Source of the DNA: Squalus acanthias
Taxonomy: Eukaryota
Direction of reading: 5' to 3'
Length of the DNA: 64,000 nt
NCBI GenBank assembly: GCA_030390025.1
Contig: CM059432.1
Coordinates: 141,362,001 to 141,426,000, forward strand
Part shown: positions 1 to 12,112 of the stretch, one piece after another
Layout: each line of letters starts with the position of its first letter
How positions within the stretch are numbered: the first letter of the stretch is position 1
Program-made: the position numbers and the translations under genes
Notes under the pieces: generated by a model
What the model saw: only the letters and a program-made list of their open reading frames with translations
The model's database searches: none
What the model was told of the DNA's origin: nothing

Positions 1-221
1 AGACAAAAGGTTCCAACAAAAGTCAAACGATAAAAGCAGAACATAAAGTCCAGACAATACCGGAATTGCAGTAACATTCCGACTTTTAAGTGTGGTTAAG
101 TGTTGTTCGTGCTGTGACTCCTGCCAAACAGGTCACCACAAGTTTCTTTCTTCATGTGACAGTATTCAAATTTTTTCAACATAAATCCTTACTCAAAGAT
201 ATTCTCCTTTACTGTACCAGA

Positions 222-628
222 TAGTATTCCCTTGAGTACAGAAGATTAAGGGGTGATCTAATTGAGGTCTTTAAGATGATTAAAGCATTCGATAGGGTAG
301 ATTGAGAGAAATTATTTCCTCTGGTGGGGGAGTCAAGAACAAGGGAGCATAACCTTAAAATTAGAGCCAGGCCGTTCAGGGCTGATGACAGGAAGCAGTT
401 CTTCACACAAAGGGTAGTGGAAATCTGGAACTCTCTCTTCCCCAAAAAGCTGTCGAGGCTCGGGGTCAATTGGAAAATTCAAATCTAAGATTGATAGATT
501 TTTGTTAGGCAAGGGCATTAAGGGTTACGGAACCAAGGCAGGTAGATGGAGTTAAGATACAGATCAGCCAGGATCTAATTGATTGGCGGAACAGGCTCGA
601 GGGGCTGAATGGCCTCCTCCTGTTCCTG
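222..628 (+). mobile_element. CR1 LINE 3' fragment
   Basis: Decayed ORF2 end (RRLRGDLIEVFK…FFTQRVVEIWNSL) plus 3'UTR GGCTCGAGGGGCTGAATGGCCTCCTCCTG. Confidence 0.85.
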
Positions 629-802
629 TGTACCACGTCTCCAGAAACAATCTTCTTTGGTGCCTGGTTGTATCACAGAAGCATTGTGTTATATATACCC
701 AGGGAGTCAGTCAATGAGGACTGTGTTAGCAAAGCACACTGATGGGGAGGGTACCAAAATTCCTGTCCAGACCATGCCAGAAGCAAACATTGTTACCCCT
801 TA

Positions 803-1275
803 AAAAAAAAATTGCATTTATATAGCGCCTTTCATAACCTCAGGATACCCCAAAGCACTTTACAGCCAATGAAGTACTTTTGAAATGTAATCACTGTTGT
901 AATGTAGGAAACTCGATAGCCAAATTGCACACAGCAAGCTCCCATAAACAGCAATGTAATAATGACCAGATAATCTGTTTTTGTTATGTCGATTGAGGGA
1001 TAAATATTGACCAGGACACTGAGGATAATTCCCCTGCTCTTCTTTGAAATAGTGCCTTCTTCGAAATAGTGGATCTTTTACGTCCACCTGAGAGAGCAGA
1101 CAGGGCCTCGGTTTAACATCTCAATCCGAAAGACGGCACCTCCGACAGTGCAGCACTCCCTCAGCACTGCACTGGGAGTGTCAGCCTAGATTTTTGTGCT
1201 CAAGTCTCTGGAGTGGGACTTGAACCTCACAACCTTCTGACTCAGAGACGAGAGTGCTACCAACTGAGCCACAGG
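803..1275 (-). mobile_element. Deu-domain SINE (SacSINE1-like), near full length
   Basis: tRNA-like head TGGCTCAGTTGG…GGTTCAAGTCC, Deu-domain-like GGAGGTGCCGTCTTTCGGAT…AAACCGAGGCCC, and a 3' tail GGCGCTATATAAATGCAA shared with the local L2 elements. Confidence 0.8.
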
Positions 1276-1571
1276 GCCCATAGATTTAAACACAAGTGTT
1301 ATAAATAGAATATTTTATGGAGATCTGTATGGTTTTTAATTCTGCTGGTAGGACTGGCTATAACTCATTTTTAGGAATATAATTTACATTAGGATACACA
1401 GAGGTTTATGTACTTATACCATTGAGTGGTCTCTACATTGTCAACAAAGTTAACTGTGTTTACTTTTCTGTCTGATCATTAGAATTATTACAATATTGTC
1501 TGTGTTAAGACTTCTTAATAAAGTTAAATTATATAATTCAGTAAGCAATCTAGAGACTATACAATTTATAT

Positions 1572-1760
1572 AGATTATCTGGTCATTTATCTCATTGCTG
1601 TTTGTGGGAGCTTGCTGTGCGCAGATTGGTTGCCGCGTTTCCTACATTACAACAGTGACTCCACTTCAAAAAGTACTTCATTGTCTGTAAAGAGCTTTGC
1701 AACGTTCTGAGGTCGTGAAAGGCGCTACAGAAATGCAAGTCTTTCTGTCTTTTCTTTTTT
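1572..1760 (+). mobile_element. Deu-SINE 3' fragment
   Basis: Reverse-complement match to ~810-975. Confidence 0.7.
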
Positions 1761-2502
1761 TATATACACTATACAATCTCTATAGACAAGCTATATAGAC
1801 TATGCAATCTCTACAGACTATACATAGGCTGGGATGTGTTGTAAACAGTAACACATGAAGGGTTTGAAATCCGTATCTTTTAATCCAAAGATGTGCCTTT
1901 GGAGCACATGCATGCGTTATTCATCCTAACATATGCTAATGGAGTTTTGAGGGCAAGCGGTGAACAGATTTTCTCTGCTCACTGAAGGTTGTAAGGTTGA
2001 AAATTGATGAACAGCAGCCTGTGGAATCCAATCAGATGATCTGAGTGGATATAAAGATTTATTTTACAGGGAGGTAATATTTTTATATGCGCACAGAAAG
2101 CAGCTTAAAGGGGGGAATTGTTCAAACAAAGATTAATTCCTTTTGGCCTACAGCCAACCAACAGATGGCTGATGTACCAGCAACAACCCAGATAGGGGTC
2201 AGACGCAACACAGTGGAACATGTGTCGACGCAAGAGGAACGTGTGTCAATACAAGAGGGTGGTTGGGGGGGGGGGGGGAGATGACCCGCACGATACGGCA
2301 GCAATTACCACATCGTTTCACTCCCCCTCCATCGAGCAAGACACCCATTAGTGCAAATACCCGGAGCCTATTGTAAAAATTTGAATGAGCCTGACCCGGA
2401 ATGTCTGCCAGGGTCGGCGGTTCGGCGCCCCAGGGACTGAACGGCCACAAAACCCAGGCTCCCACCAACTGCATTGATAGACCCAAGTCATTAGGACAAT
2501 AA

Positions 2503-2696
2503 GGGGGAAAAATTGGGTGGCGCCCCTTTTTGGGCACTAACGTTGCCAGGGCGCTAATTTTAGCGCCCCGAAAAAGTTAGCACCCCCTCCGCCGTAAATT
2601 CGGTCATAGCGCCCCAAGCAGGAGGTGGAGCACTACTGCAAATGTTGATTTCCGGGGGCGCTAACGAGAGGCGCAAACCAACCCAATTTTTCCTCC
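2503..2696. mobile_element. Short MITE
   Basis: TIRs GGGGGAAAAATTGGGT and ACCCAATTTTTCCTCC (15/16), GC-rich interior with repeated GCGCCCC/GGGCGC motifs. Confidence 0.6.
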
Positions 2697-2776
2697 CAAG
2701 TGTCTCAGTTGCCTTCTTTCTAAATCCCCATGTCCATATCTACTCAGGAACTTCCCCTAACTAAGGTCATCAGCAA

Positions 2777-3068
2777 AAGTTTAAGGCAATTGGCAAAAGA
2801 AGCAGAGGCGGAGATGAGATGACATTTTGTTTTTACACGGCGAGTTGTTGTGATCTGGAACGTGCTGCCTGAAAGGGCGGTGGAAGCAGATTCAATCGTA
2901 ACTTTCAAATGGGAATTGGATAAATACTTGGAGGGGAATAATTTGTAGGGCTACGGGGAAAGAGCAGGGGTGGGGGGGGGAGTGGGACTAATTGGATCGC
3001 TCTTTCAAAGAGCCGGCACAGGCACGATGGGCCGAATGGCCTCCTTCTGTGCTGTATGATCCTTCTGA
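2777..3068 (+). mobile_element. CR1 LINE 3' fragment
   Basis: WN.LPERAVEADS-type ORF2 end and 3'UTR GATGGGCCGAATGGCCTCCTTCTGTGCTG. Confidence 0.8.
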
Positions 3069-3317
3069 TACACTTCACTTCTTCAACCACCATCAATGCC
3101 CATCCCTTGCGTTATTCAACACAAATCATCAGCGCAAAGTGCAACTGGCACGCTGGATATTTATCCAACCTATGTTGTGCTTTGTGAATGCTGCCATGCT
3201 GGTTCCCCTTTGTGGTTTGTTTACGATGTGCCAAATCTAACTTATTAATTCTCCTAAGTGTATCCATGTTGGAAGAAGCAAACATTTTGGTTGGCTGCAG
3301 GGTTTCCATTTTTTGGG

Positions 3318-3695
3318 GGTTTAGGGAGTGAGCGCTTAGGGCCCGGGCAGCTGAAGGCACGGCCGCCAATGGTGGCGCGAAGGAAATCGGGGATGTGCAA
3401 GAGGCTGGAATTGCAGGAGCGCCGAGATCTCGGAGCGTTGTGGGGCTGGAGGAGGTTACAGAGATAGGGAGGGGGCGAGGGCCATGGAGGGATCCACAAA
3501 CAAGGATGAGAATTTTAAAATTTGAGGTGTTGCCGGACCGGGAGCCAATGTAGGTCAGCGAGCACGGGGGGTGATGGGTGAACAGAACTTGGTGTGAGCT
3601 AGGACATGGGGGCAGCAGAGTTTTGGATGAGCTGAAGTTTACAGAGGGTGGAAGATAGGAGGCCGGCCAGGAGAGCGTTGGAATAGTCGAGTCAA
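3318..3695 (-). mobile_element. L2-clade LINE fragment
   Basis: Translates to PPYLCNLLQP…TIGGRAFSC, the L2 ORF2 C-terminus seen in many copies in this window. Confidence 0.78.
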
Positions 3696-4015
3696 ATACA
3701 AGTTTGAAGAGGTCACGATCATACTGTACTGTGCTCTAGTTAGTCCACACCCTGAGAACTGTGTCCAGTTTCGATCGAGACACAAGGGCGATATTGGAGG
3801 CAGTGCAGAGAGGAGCCACAAAACTGGTCCTTAGTGTTAGAGATCTGAGCTACGAGGAAAGACTGCAGTAACCTGAACTTACCAGCCTTGAAAGGAGGCA
3901 TCCGAAAGGTGATCTTATGGAGGTATATAATATAATGTAATATAGTATAATATAGTATAACAAATAGTATAATATATAGTTTAATATAGTACATAGCGTC
4001 ATTATAATATAATAT

Positions 4016-4352
4016 AACAACAACTTGTATTTATATAGCACCTTTAACGTAGTAAAACGTCCCAAGGCGCTTCACAGGAGCGTTACCAAACAAAATTTGA
4101 CACCGAGCCACATAAGGAGATATTAGGGCAGAAAAGATAGGTTTTAAGGAGCGTCTTAAAGGAGGAAAGAGAGGTAGCGAGGCAGAGAAGTTTAGGGAGG
4201 GAATTCCAGAGCTTAGGGCCTAGGCAACAGAAGGCACGGCCGCCAATGGTGGAGCGATTATAATCAGGGATGCTCAAGAGGCCAGAATTAGAGGAGCGCA
4301 GAGATCTCGGAGGGTGGTAGGGCTGGAGGAGGTTACAGAGATGAGGAAAGGC
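4016..4352 (-). mobile_element. L2-clade LINE 3' end
   Basis: LRSSNSGLL…STIGGRAFCCLGPKLWNSLP…FKTLLKTYLF, followed by a (TTG)n tail. Confidence 0.82.
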
Positions 4353-4787
4353 GATAATATAATATAAGGTAATAAGTGGTACGGAAAAAAATAAATCCTG
4401 AACATTACTTTGAACTGTAAGACGAGGACAAGGGTTCAAAGTAGTAAAAAGCAGTCAGCATTCATATTAGCAATTTCTCCTTCACACAGAAAGTGATTGA
4501 CACACGGAATGGACTCCTGGATAGAGTAGCACAAACTCAGGAATCATTTAAGAACCAATTGGATGCTGCCGTGAGGGTGGACTTTACGGTCTTCCTGGAT
4601 GGATAATGAAAATGGGCCGAAAGGCGTTGCTCATCTGTGATTATCTTGTGACCTAGTGATCTCAGGTGAGGAGTTAACCTGGATATTAAAAGGTGTTCAG
4701 TGGCCCGCCTGGCCACTTTGCAAACTCCAGCAGCCTATTTTTAATGCTTCAAGAACTTCTTTTACCCATGCTGTCAACACAGTCAAT

Positions 4788-5536
4788 GGGCCGTATTTTC
4801 CGATGCCTACGGGTGTGTACGGGCTGTGTACTCACCCGTAGGGACCTCGGAAATGCCGGTTTCAGGCATGCGAAGCGCATGCGCTGAAAACCGGCATTTC
4901 CGATCTGTCAAGAATGCTCTTGACAGATCGGACGCCTGCCCGGGAGAAGGGCCTCTGCGGGTGGAGAGTTCCGCTTTCTGCAGAACCTCCGTCCGCTGAA
5001 AACCCTTAGAAATCTTACGCCTGGTAAAAGCACACGTAAGACCTGCTTTTACCAGCATAAGAGTTTTAAAAAGTTTTTTTTAAAATACCCACTCATTTAT
5101 AATTTTAAAATACTTTTTAAAAAGATAAGTTTATTTTTAGCCCTGTAAAAAACTTTAATTATTTTTTCAAAAAATTTAATTTTTGTTTAAAATATTTAAT
5201 TTAATGTAATTTTAACTCATTTTAAAAACATGATTTTTTTTTACATTTATTTAATGTCTTTTTGGGGTGATCTCCATTCATATATTTGACAGGTCTATCT
5301 GTCAAAAGTATGAAGGGGGATTCCCTTCGTTCATTGGCTGGCCTGGCCCACGTGATCCCAGGGATGCTTGCGAACTGCCTGCGCCCCTGGGATACGTGGG
5401 CCCTGCGCATTTCAAGTGTGGAGAGGCCCAGGAGTGGAAGTGTCCGGACCTCGGGAGCCCTCAGGTAAGTGCGTAGATTTTTTTTCCGATAGGAGGCATC
5501 CGCACGCAGGAAGCCGCCTATCGGAAATTACGAGCC
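4788..5536. mobile_element. Non-autonomous DNA transposon/MITE, Harbinger-like TIRs, AT-rich core
   Basis: Imperfect TIRs GGGCCGTATTTTCCGAT and ATCGGAAATTACGAGCC (14/17), several internal GC-rich hairpins, AT-rich centre at ~5060-5260. Confidence 0.72.
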
Positions 5537-6537
5537 ATAGTTTACCAGCTAGGAATTAAGTTCCACGAATGGATGTAATTTACAGCCCTCTGCATAAATC
5601 TGATGCTGTTAACTGTGAATTTGCACTGTAATCGCAGACTTGTAGGACACTAGGGGCACAAAGTTTATAAGGTTACACGCCCGACAGAGAGAGCTTCACT
5701 TGGGAGGGCAGATCACAAGATGAACCGTGGAGGTCAGTGCGTCAATCTGCAGCCCTCCCAATTTTCCGGTCATTAACAATGAATAACCAGGAAATTGGGA
5801 GGGCCGTGAATCCAGCATGCTGGTCTCTGCAACTGGCTGTACAATCCAGATGTGCTAACTCACAAAATGTATCTCTCTGACTACAGCACCGAAATTACTC
5901 TGAGCTAAAATCAAAGAGTGCAATTTCTTGGGGCGATGTCATGGATTATTATCTTACCATTATATATCTCTTGTAAAATCCCTTTAAGAAGCGCGTGTGT
6001 TAGTTTTGGCAGCAGGCTGTCAAAATCAAATCCTTTCTGGAACCAGAAATAAATTGTTCCGTGGGAGTAATGCCCCAAATATTTGGGATAAAGACCTTTT
6101 TTTTTAGAACAATTTTTAATGGCAATGGCAAATCCTCCTCAAAAGTTTTGATTTTTCTTCAGGGTATTATTATCTCAAGGACAATGTATTAAATCTGACC
6201 AACACAAGCATTCTCTTTTTAGAAGGTGATCCTGCTTTCAGGCACGGAAGATATGCATGGAATTTTGTGGTTCGAACGCTGGCTGTGGCCTTGCTCGGTG
6301 AAGTCTTCGCTGCTGAAAAGAACTTCCAGTCCTGCATCGTTTTCATTTGACAGGGAGCGACACACAACCTGCTCCAATGACACGGCTCAAAACCCCAATC
6401 AGAAAACCAAACACAATTAGCCAATTATTTCTTTTTTAAAACAAGTTCCCTCCCACCGTCAGTTAAACCCCCTCAGCCATCACCACGTGCCATCATCTGG
6501 TTGAGAGAACAGGCAAAACAATCTTCTGTCAGACCTC

Positions 6538-6885
6538 ATCATAGAATCACACAGCACCAAAGGAGGCCATTCGGCCCATCGTGCCTGCGCCGGCTCTTTG
6601 AAAGAGCGATCCAATTAGTCCCACTCCCCCTGCTCTTTCCACATAGCCCTGCATCTTTTCCCCTTCAAGTATTTACCCAATTCCCTTTTGAAAGCTACTA
6701 TTGAATCTGCTTCCTCCGCCCTTTCAGGCAGTGCATTCCAGATCATAACAACTCACTGCGTAAAAATATTTCTCCTCATCTCCCCCTCTGGTCCTTTTGC
6801 CAATTTTCTTCATTTCTGTGTCCTCTGGTTGCCGACCCTACCGCCAGTGGAAACAGTTTCTCCTTATTTACACTAACAAAAACCT
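6538..6885 (-). mobile_element. CR1 LINE 3' fragment
   Basis: Reverse complement of the 2777-3068 type, ending in an ATTCTATG tail. Confidence 0.8.
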
Positions 6886-7489
6886 TCCAACATGTTCCAG
6901 TTATCAAATGGTTGAGTCGTCAAATGTTATTTATATAGAAGTAGCCCATTGAGGTAGAATTTGCTGAACTACGAAGGAACAAAATACAAATAAATGACCT
7001 GTAATTTGCATCACTTCTGTATCATTTTAGGACCATTTTTGCAGCTATTGCTATCGTGTCTAAAGCAATTTGAATTGGACAAAGCAAGGTGCAAAAAGAA
7101 CTGCAAAATAATGAAAATTGTAACTCTTTGCTATCAGGGGATGTTATTGGAGCTGTAAAAATGTAACAATAATTTAATTGTGCCTCATAGCTGCTTGTAT
7201 TTCTTTTGGGAAAAAAGTAGATTTTGATTTGTATTTCATCAGATAAAATCTGCTGTTAATCTATGAATTTCTTAGGTGTGTCTAGTAACCATTGCAATTA
7301 GGATTAAACAGAACAATCTGCGACTCAAACGACAACTGAAAAGCAGGGTGTAGCACGCTGGAATGCTGCACATTGGGGTTGGTCGGGTACAAGGTCTAGC
7401 CTGAGCTTCGCTATCGACCGAATTCTTGATCATAGTTACACCGTCACTGGGAGGCACAGCGCAGAATCCAAGTGCTTGCCATGTAACGA

Positions 7490-7685
7490 GGGAACTGCAC
7501 TGCCTGAAAGGGCGGTGGAAGCAGATTCAATCGTAACTTTCAAAAGAGAATTGGATAAATACTTGAAGGGGAAAACAATGCAGGGCCACGGGGAAAGAGC
7601 AGGGGAGAGTGGGACTAATTGGAGAGCTCTTTCAAAGAGCCGGCACAGGCACGATGGGCCGAATGGTCACCTTCTGTGTTACAAA
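7490..7685 (+). mobile_element. CR1 LINE 3' fragment
   Basis: ALPERAVEADSIVTFKRELDKYL plus 3'UTR. Confidence 0.8.
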
Positions 7686-7719
7686 GTATTGCAAAGTATT
7701 ATAAAGTATTTTCCCACAA

Positions 7720-8825
7720 AAACAGACCATTCGGCCCAACTGCTCTGTGCCGGTGTCTATGCTCCACACGACCCTCCTCCCACCCTACTTCAGCTCACCC
7801 TATCAGCACACCCTCCTATTCCTTTCTCCCTCACGTGCTTATCTAGCTTCCCCTTAAATGCATCTATGCTATTCGCCTCGTTCACTCCCTGTGGCAGTGA
7901 GTTCCACATTCTCACCACTCTCTGGGTAAAAAAGTTTCCCTTGAATTCCCAGTTGGATTTATTAGTGACTATCTTATATTTATGGCCCCTAGTTCTGGTC
8001 TTACCCGCAAATGGAAGCATCTTCTCTATGTCTACCCTATCAAACCCTTTCATAATCTTAAAGACCTCGATCAGGTCAGCCCCTCAGACTTCTCTTTTCT
8101 AGAGTAAAGAGCCCCAGCCTGTTCAGCCTTTCCTGATAGGTTTAACCTCTCAGTTCTGGTATCATTCTACTAAATGTTTTTTGCACCTTCTCCAGTGCCG
8201 CTATATCCTTTTTATAATATGGAGACCAAAACTGAGCACAGTACTCCAAGTCAGTCAATGTTCCATTTAAGCTGCAGCAGTCTGGAGGTCCCGCGCAGCC
8301 GGCTCACCAGCTTATAAATGGAAAAAAAAACGCGCATGGGCGGAAATTTGAATGGGCCACGGAGCCCGTTAAAGGGGCCGCGCACCCAATAAAAAAGGGA
8401 ACATTGCTCCAAGTGTGGTCTAATCAAGGTTCTATACAAGTATAACAGAACTTCTCTGCTTTTCAATTCTATCCCTCTAGAAATGGACCCCTGTGCTGTG
8501 TTTTTTTTTTAAATGGCCTCATTAACCTGCATCGCTACTTTTAGTGATCTGTGTATCTGTACCCCCGATCCCTCTGCTCCTCCATCCCACTTAGACACTT
8601 ATTTTCCAAGGAGTGTGTGGCCTCCTTATTCTTCCTACCAAAATGTACCACCTCACACTTATCTATATTGAAGTTCATTTGCCAATTACACGCCCATTCG
8701 GCAAGTTTATTACGGTCTTCCTGTATTTTGTCGCAGTCCTCCTCTGTATCAACCGCACCCCCCCCCCCCCGCACCCCCACCCCCCCCCCCCCCCCAATTT
8801 GGTGTCGTCCGCAAATTTTGAAATC
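7720..8825 (-). mobile_element. CR1 LINE fragment (~1 kb), interrupted by a hAT MITE
   Basis: ORF2 pieces WQMNFNIDKCEVVHFGRKN, LYRTLIRPHLE and FFTQRVVRMWNSLP, with frameshifts. Confidence 0.85.
8256..8406. mobile_element. Short hAT-type MITE nested in a CR1
   Basis: TIRs CAATGTTCC and GGAACATTG. 8-bp direct repeat CTCCAAGT at 8244-8251 and 8407-8414, with 4 extra nt (CAGT) on the left. An 8-bp TSD is diagnostic of hAT elements. Confidence 0.75.
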
Positions 8826-9792
8826 TGTGCTGTATCATTCTATGATTGTCGGTGAAGGTTGATTCTAACTTCTCACATACTGGTTTCTGAGCAGCTGTGG
8901 TTAGGATGATGTTTGGAACAACGATTAGAAAGAGAAAGAGAAAAATAAAAACCAGAGATGACTTGAAGAGAAAGTCTCCCCTCAAACTAAATTAAAGAAA
9001 AAAAATGGGCTGAGATACATGAAGAGTATTAGAAACAACCAGGAAGGCAAAAGTAAAAGCTTATTGGAGTCTAACAGTTGTTGATTATGGAACAAGCTCT
9101 CGGAAAAGCTCAGAAGTAATTAGGTTTGTTTAACCTTTCCACTTATCACAGATTGTTTTGTCAGACTTTTGGGATATATTATTCCCAGGATATAGTTAAT
9201 GCTGATTGCTGGCTTTTACCTCAAAGGAACTTTGGGAGTTATAATAATTGTTGATGATTTATTAATCTAGTGCTACTGTAGTAGCATATTGTGTGGATCT
9301 AGTGTTCTCTTCTGGGGCCCCAGACTCAGAAAAAAAAACCTGAAAGATTTTAATTTAAGAACTTTTCTGCTTGTTGACTATGGACGGGCAACAGTCAGAA
9401 GACTCGTTCAGAGTAAATCTAATTTCCACGAGTCTAAACATTCTTACTACAATGCTTGAATTTGGCACATGATCACATTATTGGCCTGTATGGAACTTCC
9501 TCCCACCCTGTTCAGAAAATTAAAAAAATCACAATCACAACTTTTAAACAAGCTTGTACATGAGTAGCCCTTTCTCTGTTACCAGCAGCTGCACTGTAAA
9601 TGGGGTGGAATCTGCAGCACAGAGAAAGAAAGGCTTGCATTTCTACAGCGCCTTTCACGACCACCGGACATCTCAAAGCACTTTACAGCCAATGAAGTAC
9701 TTATGAAGTGTACAAGATGCGGAGATGCCGGTGTTGGACAAAAGTGAGAAGTCGCACAACACCAGGTTATAGTCCAATAGTTTTATTTGAAA

Positions 9793-9830
9793 TCACGAGC
9801 TTTCGGAGCTGCTGCTCCTTCGTCAGGTGA
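9793..9830 (-). ncRNA. Minimal type I hammerhead ribozyme motif, second copy, sense to the COL14A1 pre-mRNA
   Basis: Reverse complement reads TCAC-CTGACGA-A-GGAGC-agca-GCTCC-GAAA-GCTC-GTGA, with CUC as the NUH site. Confidence 0.7.
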
Positions 9831-9890
9831 AGTGAAGGAATACAAATCCGCAAAGTCTATATATGCTTTGCGGATTTGTATTCCTTCACT

Positions 9891-9928
9891 TCACCTGACG
9901 AAGGAGCAGCAGCTCCGAAAGCTTGTGA
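9891..9928 (+). ncRNA. Minimal type I hammerhead ribozyme motif (Penelope-associated)
   Basis: TCAC-CTGACGA-A-GGAGC-agca-GCTCC-GAAA-GCTT-GTGA: 4-bp stem I, CUGANGA core, 5-bp stem II, GAAA, palindromic AGCT in place of stem III, CUU as the NUH site. Activity is untested. Confidence 0.7.
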
Positions 9929-10384
9929 TTTCAAATAAAACTGTTGGACTATAACCTGGTGTTGTGCGACTTCTCACTTTTATGAAGTGTAGTCACTCTT
10001 GTAATGTGGGAAACGCGGCAGCCAATTTGCACACAGCAAGCTCCCACAAACAGCAATGTGATAATGACCAAATAATCTGTTTGTTTAGGGATAAATATTA
10101 GCCAGGACACCGGGGATAACTCCCCTGCTCTTCTATCGAAATAGTGCCGTGAGATCTTTTACATCCACCTGAGAGGGCAGACGGGGCCTCGGTTTAACGT
10201 CTCATCCGAAAGACGGCACCTCCAACAGTGCAGCACTCCCTCAGCACTGCACTGGGAGTGTCAGCTTAGCTTTATGTGCTCAAGTCCCTGGAGTGGGGAC
10301 TTGAACCCACAACCTTCTGACTCAGAGGCGAGTGTGCTACCCACTGAGCCACAGCTGACACAGAGAGGCTTAGTGTATTTCAAA

Positions 10385-10810
10385 AGAAAAAGAGGTTGCA
10401 TTTATGCAGCGCCTTCACAAGCTCAGAACGTCCCAAAGCATTTTACAGCCAATGAAGTACTTTTTGAAGTATAATCACGGTTGTAATGTAGGAAAACGCA
10501 GCAGTCAATTTTCGCACAGCAAGATCCCACAAACAGCAATGAGATAAATGACCAATGACGTTGGTTGAGGGATAAATATTGGCCAGAAAACCGGGCAGAC
10601 CGCCCCTGCTCTTCTTCGAAATAGTGCTTTGGGATCTTTAATGTCCACCTGAGAGAGCAGACGGGGCCATTGTTTAATGTCTCATCTCAAAGATGGCACC
10701 TCCGACAGTGCAGCACTCCCTCAGTACTGCACTGGAGCGTCAGCCTAGATTTTGCGTTCAAGTCTCTGGAGTGGGGCTTTAACCCACAACCTTCTGACTC
10801 AGACACGCAA
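10385..10810 (-). mobile_element. Deu-domain SINE, adjacent second copy
   Basis: Collinear with the 803-1275 copy. Confidence 0.78.
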
Positions 10811-11569
10811 GAGTTATTTTGTTGATCAGGTACTAGAAGATCGGACACAGGTAAAGGGCAGGAACGCAGTACTCGATGGAACTGAAGGGCACACCTCACC
10901 AGAAACACCAAGCACTGCAAGCTTTTAGTTAACAAATAGCAAAGAGGATAAATTCAGTCTCCAGAGGCCAGTGGAAACAATGGCATGGCCTCAGGATAGC
11001 AGCTAAAAAAAGGCTAAAGTACAACTTGGAATGCCAGGTACCTGCCTGAAGCATGCGTGCCACAACATTTACTCTCATAAACAGGCAATCATTTGTGTGA
11101 AACCCTCAGAAACATTCATTGAAGCTGATCCAGCCAAGAGAGCAAGAGGGCACGGAACACTTAATGCGCATATCCAAACCGGCTGGTAACCCAATCAATG
11201 GCCACCTAAAAACTGGCACAAGGGTTTGACACAAGAAATTCTTGTAAATCAACCTGACTGCATGATGAATGTTCATTAATTGTCAGGCAAAAAGGACAGG
11301 AGGATGGATGTCATTGTCTGTGTTACCTAAACTTTGCAAAGTCTCAAGACTATTTATCTGTTTCCAGAACAAGGTGGCACACCAGAAATGGAAGAAATCC
11401 TAGACACCCCAAACCTTTGCCTCCATCTGAGGAGGACATCATAGGCCACCGTGCATCAAGGAAGTAGGGAAGCAGGTGCAACTGCAAGCCTTCCTCAAGC
11501 TCAGGACTAAAACATTGGACTCTTGTCCCTCTGGGCATACACTCCAACTTCAAATACCATCACACATTT

Positions 11570-12112
11570 TACATAGAGTTACATAGAATGTACAGCACAG
11601 AAAGAGGCCATTCGGCCCAACTGGCCCATGCTGGTGTTCATGCTCCACACGAGCCTCCTCCCTCCCTACTTCATCTCACCCTATCAACATATCCTTCTAT
11701 TCCCTTCTCCCTCATATGTTTATCTAGCTTCCCCTTAAATGTATCTATACTATTCACCTCAACTAATCCTTCTGGTAGCAAGTTCCACATTCTCACCACT
11801 CTCTGAGTAAAGAAGTTTCTCGAATTCTTTATTGGATTTTTTAGCCACTATCTTATATTTATGATCCCTAGTTCTGGATTCCCCCACAAGTCTTCTCTAT
11901 GTCTACCCTATCAAACCCTTTCATAATTTTAAAGACCTCTATCAGTTCACCCCTCAGCCTTCTCTATTCTAGGGAAAAGAGCCCCAGCCTGTTCAGTCTT
12001 TCCTGATAGTTATCACCTCTCAGTTCTGTTATCATCCCTGTGAATCTTTTTGCACCTTCCGCAGTGCCTCTATATCCTTTTTATAAGACGGAAACCAGAA
12101 CTGTACACAGTA
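11570..12112 (-). mobile_element. CR1 LINE 3' fragment
   Basis: Same family as 7720-8250, with a (TTCTATGTAAC)-type tail. Confidence 0.8.

Larger units (their letters stand above)
9713..9979. mobile_element. Penelope-like element terminal-repeat insertion in inverted (palindromic) configuration
   Basis: Arms 9740-9855 and 9866-9981 are reverse complements (114/116 by manual comparison). 12-bp direct repeat TTATGAAGTGTA at 9701-9712 and 9980-9991. The arm sequence resembles the common shark Penelope pLTR (…CCTGANGAAGGAGC…GCTCCGAAAGCT…CTGTTGGACTATAACCTGGTGTTGTG, recalled). It interrupts a DeuSINE. Confidence 0.85.
9620..10340 (-). mobile_element. Deu-domain SINE interrupted by the Penelope palindrome
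   Basis: Collinear with 803-1275 once 9713-9991 is removed. Confidence 0.8.
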
